In this document: in pieces, positions 54,494-63,338 of the stretch
Position numbering within the stretch: the first letter of the stretch is position 1
Layout: the number at the start of each line of letters is the position of its first letter
NCBI GenBank assembly: GCA_050012095.1
Contig: JBEKHV010000009.1
Span: 13,134 to 77,133, forward strand
Length of the DNA stretch: 64,000 bases
Source of the DNA: Bryobacteraceae bacterium
Lineage (GTDB): Bacteria; Acidobacteriota; Terriglobia; Bryobacterales; Bryobacteraceae
Reading direction: 5' to 3'
The notes under the pieces: model-generated
Database searches by the model: none
The model's input: the letters and a program-made list of their open reading frames with translations, nothing else
Told to the model about the DNA's origin: nothing
Made by a program: the position numbers and the translations under genes

Positions 54494-56823
54494 CGCGCCG
54501 GAGCGCCTGGATCGCGCTGGCCGCCCTGGCTGCTCTGCCCGCGTTGGGCCAGACCCGGCTGTCGCTGGCGGAGCTGGAAGCGCGCAAGCCGCCCGACTAC
54601 GGCCCCGTGCATGGAGGCGAGCGGGTGATCGTGCGTGGCGTGGTCTCCGGACCCGCTTTCCACTTCCTGGACTACACGCTGCTGGGCCTTCAGGACGCCG
54701 GCTGGGGCGGCGTCCTCCATGCGCCGAAAGACGACGCCAAGCTGGACGCGTACAGAGCCGGAGACGAAATCGAAGCCGAGGGCGTGGTCGCCGAGTTGGG
54801 CGGCATGCCCGTGGTGGAGGCCGAGCGAATCACCGAAACGGGGACGCAACAGCCGCCGGCGGCCATCACGGTTCCCCTTCGGGACCTGCTGAACTTTCCC
54901 CAGAACCTGCGCTATCTCGGCCGGCTTGTCGATACGGAAGGGCGGATCGTCGAGAAAGGCGACAACACGGGGGGCGCGTACATGCTTCTGGGGCCGGTCC
55001 GGGCGCAATACAAGCTGTTCATCCCCGGCGCCTCTTTCCGGGCGGACTTGGGGGGTTTCGAAGAGGGCGACACAGTCTCGGTCACCGGAGTGGCGTTGCA
55101 GTTCTGCCCGCGGGCGCCGTACGACCAGTACTTCGAGTTGCTGGCGCACAATTCTACCGGGATCGCGCTCCGGGAACGGGGCTGGATGCCGCCGCCGCTG
55201 GCGTTGGCCGGCGGCCTCACGCTCGTGCTGCTGGTGTCGTTCTTCCTATGGAGCCGGGAACGCCGGCTCCGCAAGCAGCGCGAGCGGCTGCGGAAGATGT
55301 ACCACCTCGCCGAGGAAATCCTGGGCGCGGCTTCGACCGCCGGCATCCTGAAACGGATCTCCGACGCGCTGCCCGGCGTGCTGGGCGTCACGCGCATTCA
55401 ACTATACGTCTACAACCGCGCAACTAAAGCCCTCGACGCCGCGGCGGGAGAGGGCAGCGAGCCGGTCTCGATTTCGCTCGCTTCTCCTCCGGGCGGAACG
55501 CAGGCCGGGGCGGTGGCCTGTTTTCACTACCATACGTTGCTGGCCATCCCCGATATCAGCCGCAGCCCCTTCCCGATCGCGGGAGACGGCGGCGACCGGG
55601 AGCCACGATCGGTGGTGTTTGTCCCCATGCTGGCGCAAGCGGAGGTGATGGGCGTGCTGGAGCTGGACCAGGACGACCGCGTCCGCGAGTTCACCGCCGA
55701 CGAGCAGGCGCTGGCGCAGCATCTGGGCAACCAGATCGGCGTGGCGATCCGGCTGCTGGACCAGCGCTCCGTCCAGGAGCAGCTCTTCCGCACCGAAAAA
55801 CTGGCGGCGGTGGGCCGGCTGATCTCCGGCATCGTGAACGAGCTGCGGACGCCGATCGCCTCCATTTCCGAACTGGCGGCGGAGGCGCTGCGGAACCAGC
55901 GCACGGGCCCGGGCGGGCGGGAGGTAGCGGCCATCGCCTCCGAAGCGCAGAGAGCCGCCGGCATGGTGGCGCGGCTGATGGCCTTCGGCGGGAGCGATTT
56001 CGCGGACGTGCGGCCGGTGTGCATCTCCACGCTGCTCCGCAACCTGATCGAATTCCGCGAGGCGGACTGGAAGGCCTCCGGAATTCGCGTCAAGGACCTG
56101 ACGTCCGGCGAGCCGCTGTTCGTCAGGGGATCGCAGGGCCAGTTGGAGCAGGTCTTTCTCCACCTGCTGGTGCACGCGGAACAGTCCCTGGCCGCGGTGC
56201 CGGAGAAGGCGATTACGATTCGCTCCAGCGTTCTCGGCAAGCGCCTCGTGGTGGAGATCGCTTTTACAGCGCCTCCCGAATCGCGGACTCCCGAGGAGAC
56301 GGCCGCGGCGCTGGGCGTCGCCCGTAGCGTGGTCACCGGCCACGGCGGAGAGGTCCGGCTCATCGCGAAGGATGGCGAGCCGCCTTGTTTCGAGGTGGAG
56401 CTGCCCCTGGCGAAGGAGCGCGCGCCCGCCGGCCCGGCGCGCGATTCCGCGCTGCGCCTGACCGTCCTGGTCATCGAACCCGACGAAAGCGCCGAGCGCC
56501 AGTTGCTGGCGCTGTTGGGCGCGCGCGGCTGCCGGGTGGTGCCGGTGAGCAACGCCGACGCCGGTCTGGAGCTGGCCCAGCGGCTGCATTTCGACGTGGC
56601 CTTCTGCTCGGTCCACGCTCCCGGCCTGAACTGGGTGGAGCTATCGGAACGGATGCAGCCGCGGGTGGGGGGATTCATCCTGCTTTCGGACCACTACGAC
56701 GCCGAGCTGAGCGCGGACTTTGAAGGCGAGGGGCGGTTCGTCCTCCCGAAGCCTTTGCAGGAACAGGAACTGGAGCGCGCCCTGGGTCTGATCGAAAGGC
56801 AGGTCGGCGCGCGGAGCGCGTAG
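54463..56823 (+). CDS. Membrane GAF sensor with histidine-kinase-like and receiver-like domains whose catalytic residues appear degenerate
   Basis: Signal/TM, a periplasmic region and a GAF-like segment are present. The DHp box reads SGIVNELRTPI, with Asn where the phospho-His is expected. The N-box is HLLVHAEQS, and no DxGxG or GxGLG box is visible. The receiver reads FDVAFCSVHAPG, with Ser at the Asp position. Confidence 0.7.
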   Translation: MARSPSPRCVTRRSAWIALAALAALPALGQTRLSLAELEARKPPDYGPVHGGERVIVRGVVSGPAFHFLDYTLLGLQDAGWGGVLHAPKDDAKLDAYRAGDEIEAEGVVAELGGMPVVEAERITETGTQQPPAAITVPLRDLLNFPQNLRYLGRLVDTEGRIVEKGDNTGGAYMLLGPVRAQYKLFIPGASFRADLGGFEEGDTVSVTGVALQFCPRAPYDQYFELLAHNSTGIALRERGWMPPPLALAGGLTLVLLVSFFLWSRERRLRKQRERLRKMYHLAEEILGAASTAGILKRISDALPGVLGVTRIQLYVYNRATKALDAAAGEGSEPVSISLASPPGGTQAGAVACFHYHTLLAIPDISRSPFPIAGDGGDREPRSVVFVPMLAQAEVMGVLELDQDDRVREFTADEQALAQHLGNQIGVAIRLLDQRSVQEQLFRTEKLAAVGRLISGIVNELRTPIASISELAAEALRNQRTGPGGREVAAIASEAQRAAGMVARLMAFGGSDFADVRPVCISTLLRNLIEFREADWKASGIRVKDLTSGEPLFVRGSQGQLEQVFLHLLVHAEQSLAAVPEKAITIRSSVLGKRLVVEIAFTAPPESRTPEETAAALGVARSVVTGHGGEVRLIAKDGEPPCFEVELPLAKERAPAGPARDSALRLTVLVIEPDESAERQLLALLGARGCRVVPVSNADAGLELAQRLHFDVAFCSVHAPGLNWVELSERMQPRVGGFILLSDHYDAELSADFEGEGRFVLPKPLQEQELERALGLIERQVGARSA

Positions 56824-56842
56824 CGGCGGGCGCCGCGGCGCG

Positions 56843-57220
56843 CTACGCCCGGGAATGCCGCTCGAAAATCTGGGGGATGTTCTGCGAGAACGCCGAGCGC
56901 GCCATCACCATGTCGCAGCCAGCCTCGTGCGCCTGCTGTTTCAGCTCGCCCTGCACGTGCGACAGGTACCCGAGGAGGCTGATCCCCTTGGTCTCGGCCG
57001 CGCTCTTGAGGGCCGCGACCAGTTTCAGCGGCTCGGCGGACTCGAAGTTCAAATCGAAGATAATCAGCGCCGGCTTCTGCCGGGCCTTCTCCAACACTTG
57101 CGCCGGATCTTTCACCAACTCCAGCGCCAGCCCGGAGCGCTTGGCCGCGTCCACGAGCTTGACCGAGAAGAACAAATCGCTAAGGACCGCCAGGACCCGC
57201 TTGGATTCCTGTTTCTGCAT
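56843..57220 (-). CDS. Stand-alone CheY-like receiver domain protein (atypical)
   Basis: RVLAVLSD..PALIIFDLNF..LLGYLSH follows the receiver beta/alpha pattern. The conserved Lys position reads ARSAF. Confidence 0.5.
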   Translation of the reverse strand: MQKQESKRVLAVLSDLFFSVKLVDAAKRSGLALELVKDPAQVLEKARQKPALIIFDLNFESAEPLKLVAALKSAAETKGISLLGYLSHVQGELKQQAHEAGCDMVMARSAFSQNIPQIFERHSRA

Positions 57221-57444
57221 AAGGATGTGATTGGCTTCAAAACACCCAGACCTGAAATCGGGGAAGGGGAATGACTTATTCTACCATGGGGCCGGCGGCC
57301 CCGAATCCGGCATCACAGCCCGACGTTTCAAGCCCCTTCGTGGATGCACGCGCGGCCCACGAAGGGCCGCCGCAAACTGCTCTCCATTTATAGGGATGAG
57401 AGTAGCAGCCGGTACGATTCCTGAAAAAACGCGTGTAACTCCTG

Positions 57445-57496
57445 TCACCCGCTCGTAACTTCCAATTCTCCCTTCCGCCAAACTGTCTGCCGGCCC
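57445..57496 (-). pseudogene. Displaced duplicate of the 3' end of the Cas6-like gene
   Basis: The reverse-strand translation is GRQTVWRKGELEVTSG*. 57467..57496 matches 57656..57685 (encoding GRQTVWGKGE) at 28 of 30 positions. Confidence 0.45.
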
Positions 57497-57515
57497 GGGC
57501 GGTCATCCCGTTTCA

Positions 57516-57548
57516 GTCCCCTTCTCGAAGGGGACGCGCGCGCGTCCC
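57516..57548 (-). repeat. Two overlapping perfect palindromes; on the minus strand a CRISPR-repeat-like hairpin GTCCCCTT-CGAG-AAGGGGAC followed by TGAAACGG
   Basis: 57516..57535 forms an 8-bp stem with a 4-nt loop. 57531..57548 (GGGACGCGCGCGCGTCCC) is an 18-nt palindrome sharing 5 nt with the first. The element lies 71 nt downstream of the Cas6-like stop, on the same strand. Confidence 0.5.
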
Positions 57549-57606
57549 GGCTGCGAATCGTTGACGCGTAAGCGACTCACTTGCAATCAAGAAAGGCACC
57601 CAATTA

Positions 57607-58704
57607 TTACAATATTTTCAGATCTAAACAACTGTTTATCTCTACCAGATATATCTCTCCCTTCCCCCAAACCGTCTGCCGGCCCACCCCGACCCACTTC
57701 CCCAGCCGCAAATACGGCAAGAACTCGCCCAGGTCGCCCTCATATTCCGCCTTGCCCACGAACCCACCCAGCGGGTGGCGCTGGCCGGTCCGCGACGAGC
57801 GCCTTTCCACTTCGTGCCGCTGCAACTCGCAGCGCGTCATCCGCACCGCGGCGGCGCGGTCACCCATCGCGCGGAAATCGATCTCCAACGGGCCGGGGCC
57901 GTACATCGTGCGCAACGTGCTGATGCGGTCGCGCAGCCGGCCGAAGAGAATCCCAAACTCTGGACGGTCCGCCAACTGGTGCTCGGTCTTCAGTTCCGTC
58001 GGCGTCACGAACCGTACCCGCACGCGGGTCGCCGGCTCGGGCGGCGCGGCCAGATCCACCACGATGGGCGGGGGCATCTCGTTCATCTGGAACCGGGCGC
58101 CATCGAAGACGCGTGAAACGGCCGCGCCGGCCAGGTCCAATTGGTCCACGGCGGTCAGCTCCGCGCGGCCCCGGCCCGGTCCCAGGCCTTCCCGCGCAAG
58201 CTGCGCGAACGCCAGCACGAAGTAGGACAGCGACGGGTCGCGCACGTCGAAAATGTGGACGTCGAAATGAAACGGCTCGCCTTCCCGGATGGTCCGCCCG
58301 TCAAGTTGCGCGGCGCGGAACACGAAGGGACGCGGCCAATCCGCGAGGCCGCTGGGTCCCCCGCCGCGCGATGGGGCGCCTCCTGGGCCGGGCTCGAAGA
58401 CGCGCGCATAGGGGCAGGTTGCGCGCAGGTCGCAGGTTTTCGCTCCGGTGCAGGTTGGGACGCAGACCAGCTTGCGGAAGATCTCGCCGAATGCGCCCCG
58501 TACGATGTTGCCGGATTTATATGGAGGGAAATATAGCGTGCCCGCGGAGCGGAATTGAAAGCGGAAGCGGTGGAATTGGAAGTGCAACGAGGTCAGGATA
58601 GCACCGGCGCGATCACCGCCGGCAACCGCTCTTACGTTCGCGGATCGAGGCGTGCGCTCACGGAACGCCGGCGCGAAGGCCGGCGTGGCAACCTGAAAGG
58701 TCAC
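57607..58704 (-). CDS. Cas6-like RAMP protein (DUF2276/PF10040-type), orphan
   Basis: FHRFRFQFRS..YFPPYKSGNIVRGAFGEIFRKLVC..C..CPYARVFEP at the N-terminus, and a C-terminal Gly-rich loop GKWVGVGRQTVWGKGEI. No other cas genes or array are present in the window. Confidence 0.5.
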   Translation of the reverse strand: MTFQVATPAFAPAFRERTPRSANVRAVAGGDRAGAILTSLHFQFHRFRFQFRSAGTLYFPPYKSGNIVRGAFGEIFRKLVCVPTCTGAKTCDLRATCPYARVFEPGPGGAPSRGGGPSGLADWPRPFVFRAAQLDGRTIREGEPFHFDVHIFDVRDPSLSYFVLAFAQLAREGLGPGRGRAELTAVDQLDLAGAAVSRVFDGARFQMNEMPPPIVVDLAAPPEPATRVRVRFVTPTELKTEHQLADRPEFGILFGRLRDRISTLRTMYGPGPLEIDFRAMGDRAAAVRMTRCELQRHEVERRSSRTGQRHPLGGFVGKAEYEGDLGEFLPYLRLGKWVGVGRQTVWGKGEIYLVEINSCLDLKIL

Positions 58705-58840
58705 TCCACGGCGCTCCTTGCATGAAGTGCGCGGGGCCGGGGTATACTGGACGAGACTGGGGGGCTGAAGCGGCGGGCTCGATTACGAACCGCCGGGGAA
58801 GTCCAAACTTCGTGACGCCATACTTTCAAAGGAGACGCAC

Positions 58841-59341
58841 ATGAGTCTGACTGCCGAACAGGCGAAAGCCCTTGCGGATTATACGCTCGCCGACTACCAG
58901 AACGAGCTCGCCACCACCAAGCGCGTGATCGGAGCGATTCCCGCCGGGCAGGAAAGCTACACTCCCGACGCCAAGAGCACGAAAGCCCTGGATCTCGCCT
59001 GGCACATCGCCAGCGCCGAGTGGTTTTTCCTGAACAGCATCAGCGAAGGCAAGTTCGCCTCGGGAGAGAGCGGGCGCCCGGAGCACATCCGCAGCGCCAA
59101 GGACGTTGTGGCTTGGTATGACGAGAATGTTCCGCCGGCGCTGGAACGGACCGGACGCCTCTCCGGCGAGCATCTAGCCAAGGACATCGACTTCTTCGGC
59201 AAGATGCAGGCGCCGGCGGCGGTTTACCTGACCCTCATGGTCAAACACGGCGTGCATCACCGCGGCCAGCTCTCGGCGTATCTGCGCCCGATGGGGGCGA
59301 AGGTGCCGGGCATCTACGGGCCCAGCGGGGATACGCAGTAA
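58841..59341 (+). CDS. DinB-family (four-helix-bundle, damage-inducible) protein
   Basis: LAWHIASAE ... VKHGVHHRGQLSAYLR. Confidence 0.75.
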   Translation: MSLTAEQAKALADYTLADYQNELATTKRVIGAIPAGQESYTPDAKSTKALDLAWHIASAEWFFLNSISEGKFASGESGRPEHIRSAKDVVAWYDENVPPALERTGRLSGEHLAKDIDFFGKMQAPAAVYLTLMVKHGVHHRGQLSAYLRPMGAKVPGIYGPSGDTQ

Positions 59342-59380
59342 GGCCTTTTCGCAGAGCGCTCGCGCGCCGGCGGGCCGGGA

Positions 59381-60469
59381 CTATTTCTTGGCGTGGCTGG
59401 AATCGTAGTGCGCCTGGAGCAGGTCCATGCCGAAATCGCCGTTGAAATCGCGCCACACGGAGTGGATGTGGTTGGCGTGATCCTGAGTCTCATCGAACTC
59501 GATGAGGAAGGCAGGCGTCTGCACGCGGTAGTAGTGCGGATCGCCGCGATTGATTCCACCGGCCCAGGCGAAATAGATATTGCGGCCGGCCTGGTTCAAC
59601 TGAGCGAGGCGCGCATCGGCCAATTCGGGGGCGACGTTTCCGGCGTACTCCTCCACCAATGCCCGGAGGGCGTCGAACTGTTTGGCGGCCATTTTCGAGG
59701 CGGACAGGCCCGAAGGCTGACCTTCGAGGGCGGCCTTGCGGCTGTTGGTGGTGAGGATGTCGTGGTAGGCGACGGGATCGACGATGGCGACCTTCTGTTG
59801 CGGCTCATCGCAGGCCCGGATCACTTCAAAGCCGAGATCGTCTTCGCGGGCCAGCACGCGCAAGCCGGTGCGCGGGCCCTGGCGGACCTCGGCGGGGTTG
59901 GCGCCGAAGAAACTCGGACCGTCGACTACCTGGCCGTTGACCACGGTAAAATTCTGGCTCACGTGGTGGCCATCGACGCGGTAACCCCACACGCCCTCGG
60001 CGGAGGGAGTTCCGAAGACCGAGAAGAAGTAGCCTTCGGCGTCGCGGCGCGGGCCCGTGCCGTTTTCCATGATTCGCAGGACTTCGTCGAGGCTCATGAT
60101 GCTCACGGCCTTGATGTAGCCGGTCTGGCTCAACCCGGAGGCGAGGAGCGCACCGGCCAGCAGCTTCTGGTAGCCGGACATTTCGCGCAAGGGCAGGCCG
60201 TTGCGGTCGTGGGGAACGTAGTACCAGGTGAGACGCTCGTCGCCATCGAACGGGATGCTGGCCTTGGCCCGCTGATCGGGCTCAAGCGCGGCCAGGAAGC
60301 GGTTGGCGCATTCCACCATCAGCGGCGCCGCGTGGGCGTGCGCGTGCGGAGCGCCCGGCATGGCGGCGTGGACGTCCTGCTGAGCGGCGTGGATACCTCT
60401 GGCGGCCAGCAATCCGCCGCCCAAAGCGGTTGCCGACGAGCTTAGAAACGAACGGCGTGGAATGTGCAT
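59381..60469 (-). CDS. DUF3500-domain protein with a Tat-type signal peptide
   Basis: MHIPRRSFLSSSATALGGGLLAA at the N-terminus, then RLTWYYVPHDRNGLPL, FSVFGTPS and YRVDGHHVSQNF. Confidence 0.7.
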   Translation of the reverse strand: MHIPRRSFLSSSATALGGGLLAARGIHAAQQDVHAAMPGAPHAHAHAAPLMVECANRFLAALEPDQRAKASIPFDGDERLTWYYVPHDRNGLPLREMSGYQKLLAGALLASGLSQTGYIKAVSIMSLDEVLRIMENGTGPRRDAEGYFFSVFGTPSAEGVWGYRVDGHHVSQNFTVVNGQVVDGPSFFGANPAEVRQGPRTGLRVLAREDDLGFEVIRACDEPQQKVAIVDPVAYHDILTTNSRKAALEGQPSGLSASKMAAKQFDALRALVEEYAGNVAPELADARLAQLNQAGRNIYFAWAGGINRGDPHYYRVQTPAFLIEFDETQDHANHIHSVWRDFNGDFGMDLLQAHYDSSHAKK

Positions 60470-60548
60470 TTCCCCCTCCTCAGTTCCCACTATTAGACGC
60501 TAGAAATACGAGGCGAGTCAAACGGGGATTCGATGGTTACAATCTCTA

Positions 60549-62288
60549 GTGAGGGGAGCTTTGGAGAATAAGGAAATCGCGCGCGTGCTCGCGGAAACCG
60601 CCGATCTGATGGAGATCGCGGGGGAGGATCCCTTCCGTATCCGCAGCTATCGCAATGGGGCGGCGGCCGTTGAGGGATACCCGGAGCGAATCGAAGATAT
60701 TCTCCGCGATCCGGCGCGCAGCGTCACGGAAGTCCCGGGCATCGGAAAGGGGCTGGCGTACGCGCTGGGGGAGATTGTCGAGCGGCGCTCCTGCGAGCGG
60801 CGCGACAATCTGCTGCAGAAGTTTCCGCCTACGGCGCTTGAATTCCTTAAGATTCAAGGACTGGGGCCGAAGAGCATCGCGCTGATTCTTCAGCACTACC
60901 GCATCAGCACCATGGACGAGCTGGAACGGCTGTGCGTGGAACAGAAGCTGCGCGATCTGCCGCGCATGGGGGCCAAGCTCGAAGAGAAGGTGCTGCGCTC
61001 CATCGCGCAATACCGGCAGAGGAGCGGGCGCTATCTACTGAGTTACGCCGAAGGTATCGCGGCGGAATTGAGCGAGGCGTTGCGGCAGGTTCCGGGAGTG
61101 GAAGCCGTCACGCCGGCGGGGAGCTTGCGGCGCGGGCGGGAGACCGTGGGCGATCTCGATCTGCTGGTGACGGGGCCGGCGGCCGCGGCGGCGCTGGAGC
61201 GCTTCGTGGCGTATCCGCGCGTCGAGGAAGTGCTGGGGCGCGGGGAGAACAAGGCCAGCGCCAAGGTGGGGCGCGAAGGGTTGCAGGTGGACGTGCGCGC
61301 GCTTCCGCCGGAGAGCTTCGGCGCGGCCATGCAGTACTTCACGGGGAGCAAGGAGCACAACGTGGCGCTGCGCGCACGCGCGGTGAAGATGGGGCTGAAG
61401 CTCAGCGAATACGGTTTGTTCCGCGTAGAGGACGACGCCAAAATGACGGGCGAAACCGAAGCCGGGGTGTATGAGGCGCTGGGGCTGGCGTGGATTCCGC
61501 CGGAGCTACGCGAGAACCAGGGCGAGATTGAAGCCGCCGCGGAGGGCCGCTTGCCGCACCTTGTGGAACTGAGCGATATCCGCGGCGATCTGCACATGCA
61601 CACCACCGAGACCGATGGCCGCGCCACGCTGGAAGAGATGGCCGAAGCCGCGCGCGAGCGGGGCTACGAATACATCGCCATTACGGACCACTCGAAGGCG
61701 CTGGCCATGGCCAACGGTCTGGATGAAAAGCGCGTGGTGGCGTTCGCGCGGCGGGTGCGCGAGATCAACGCCAGCGGGGCGCCGGTTCGCGTGTTCTCCG
61801 GAATCGAATGCGACGTGCTCAAGGATGGCGCGCTCGACCTGGCCGACGACGCGCTGGCGGAGCTCGACCTGGTGATCGCCAGCGTGCACAGCCACATGAA
61901 CATGGAGTCGGCCGAGATGACGGACCGGCTGCTGCGCACGCTCGAATGCCCGCATGTGCGCATATTGGGCCATCCCACGGGCCGGCTGCTGTTGCAGCGC
62001 GATCCGTTTCCTTTCGATTTCGAGCGCGTGGTGGCGGAAGCGGTGCGCCGCGGCGTATGGCTGGAGATCAACTCCAGCCCGGAGCGCCTGGACCTCAATG
62101 CCGTGCATGTTCGCGCGGCCAAGGCCAAGGGCGCCAGGTTCACCATCTCCACCGATGCGCACCATCCCCAGCATCTGGCCGGCATGCGCTACGGAGTCGT
62201 CACCGCGCGGCGCGGCTGGCTGGGGCCGGCCGACGTAATGAATACGCTGCCCGCGGACCGTTTCGCGGCGGCGCTCCAAAGACTATGA
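60549..62288 (+). CDS. polX: DNA polymerase X family protein with a C-terminal PHP domain
   Basis: NKEIARVLAETADLMEIAGEDPFRIRSYRNGA, GSLRRGRETVGDLDLLV and PHP motifs LHMHTTETDG..ITDHS..SVHS. Confidence 0.9.
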   Translation: MRGALENKEIARVLAETADLMEIAGEDPFRIRSYRNGAAAVEGYPERIEDILRDPARSVTEVPGIGKGLAYALGEIVERRSCERRDNLLQKFPPTALEFLKIQGLGPKSIALILQHYRISTMDELERLCVEQKLRDLPRMGAKLEEKVLRSIAQYRQRSGRYLLSYAEGIAAELSEALRQVPGVEAVTPAGSLRRGRETVGDLDLLVTGPAAAAALERFVAYPRVEEVLGRGENKASAKVGREGLQVDVRALPPESFGAAMQYFTGSKEHNVALRARAVKMGLKLSEYGLFRVEDDAKMTGETEAGVYEALGLAWIPPELRENQGEIEAAAEGRLPHLVELSDIRGDLHMHTTETDGRATLEEMAEAARERGYEYIAITDHSKALAMANGLDEKRVVAFARRVREINASGAPVRVFSGIECDVLKDGALDLADDALAELDLVIASVHSHMNMESAEMTDRLLRTLECPHVRILGHPTGRLLLQRDPFPFDFERVVAEAVRRGVWLEINSSPERLDLNAVHVRAAKAKGARFTISTDAHHPQHLAGMRYGVVTARRGWLGPADVMNTLPADRFAAALQRL

Positions 62289-62830
62289 AAATCCTATCTT
62301 CCCGTGAAGTCTACCGATGCAAGCTGTTTTCCGTGACTGAAGACGAGGCCCGCGATTCCAAGACGGGCTTCCAGATTCGGCGCTCCGTGGTGCGGCACGC
62401 CGGGTCGGCGGTGATGATGGCCGTGGATGAGAAGAAGCGCATCCTGCTGGTGCGCCAGTATCGCCTGCCTGCCGGCAAGTATCTGTGGGAACTGCCCGCG
62501 GGGCGCCTCGACCCCGGTGAAAAACCGCTCCAGGCCGCGCGGCGCGAACTGGCGGAAGAGACCGGGTATCGGGCGCGGAAGTGGAGCAAGGTGGCGTCGT
62601 TTTGGGTCAGCCCGGGGTATGTGGCGGAGCGCATGACGATCTTCAAGGCCACGGAGTTGACGGCGGGAAGGGCCACGCCCATGGACGATGAGCGGATTGA
62701 GGCGCGGTGGTTCACGCGCAAGGAAGTGCGGGAGATGATCGCGGGCGGGAAGATTGAGGACGCGAAGACGATGGTTGGGTTCCTGATGTGGCAGGGTTCC
62801 CCGCGGAATCGGGTAGGGAGCAATCGCTAA
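62285..62830 (+). CDS. NUDIX hydrolase (ADP-ribose pyrophosphatase-like)
   Basis: ATGA overlap with the polX stop. The Nudix box is GRLDPGEKPLQAARRELAEETGY. Confidence 0.85.
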   Translation: MKILSSREVYRCKLFSVTEDEARDSKTGFQIRRSVVRHAGSAVMMAVDEKKRILLVRQYRLPAGKYLWELPAGRLDPGEKPLQAARRELAEETGYRARKWSKVASFWVSPGYVAERMTIFKATELTAGRATPMDDERIEARWFTRKEVREMIAGGKIEDAKTMVGFLMWQGSPRNRVGSNR

Positions 62831-62924
62831 AACCCATTTCCGGGTATCGCCGCCTCCCATACAGGCCATGTTGACATGGCGTTGCCTGTAACCGCTACCG
62901 GCGTTAGGCTTAGAGAGGGATCGG

Positions 62925-63215
62925 ATGACTGTTCAAGACTTGGGCGCGGATAAACGGGCCGCGATCCTCGCCATCGCGGCGAAGCATGGCGTCACGAGCG
63001 TGCGAGTGTTCGGCTCTTTCGCGCGTGGCGAAGCGCGAGAAGATAGCGATCTCGATCTGCTGATCGAGGCGGGTCCGCGAACGCCGCCGTGGTTTCCGGG
63101 TGGGCTTCTTTCCGATCTGGAGGCTGGCCTGGGCCGCAGAGTGGATATAGCCGAGGAGGGCGCCCTTCATCCACTGATCAGGGATCGCATCCTTCAAGAG
63201 GCGATTCCCTTGTGA
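62925..63215 (+). CDS. Nucleotidyltransferase-domain protein (MNT-type antitoxin)
   Basis: VRVFGSFARGEAREDSDLDLLIE. Confidence 0.8.
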   Translation: MTVQDLGADKRAAILAIAAKHGVTSVRVFGSFARGEAREDSDLDLLIEAGPRTPPWFPGGLLSDLEAGLGRRVDIAEEGALHPLIRDRILQEAIPL

Positions 63216-63298
63216 GCGACGACCGGCTCTACATCATACAGCGCTATTGCGGGCGCGGCGAGAAGGCTTTCTTCGGCGAGGAACTTATCCAGGATGCG
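63212..63298 (+). pseudogene. Degraded HEPN/DUF86 toxin remnant
   Basis: GTGA overlap with the MNT stop. VSDDRLYIIQRYCGRGEKAFFGEELIQDA resembles a DUF86 N-terminus with an internal deletion. Similarity is lost before the R-x4-6-H region. Confidence 0.5.
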
Positions 63299-63338
63299 TT
63301 AACAGGGCGGGAAGGAAAGCGCCGTTCAGGAACCGTGC

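Noticed and set aside
57500-57660. A CRISPR array next to the Cas6-like gene
   Set aside because: Only one repeat-like hairpin is present. I could not find a second copy of GTCCCCTTCGAGAAGGGGAC anywhere in the window, and there is no regular repeat-spacer periodicity.
58718-58750. A sigma70-like promoter (TTGCAT ... TATACT) upstream of the DinB-family gene
   Set aside because: The spacer is about 19 nt, at the edge of the functional range, and nothing else supports it. It is too weak to list as a feature.
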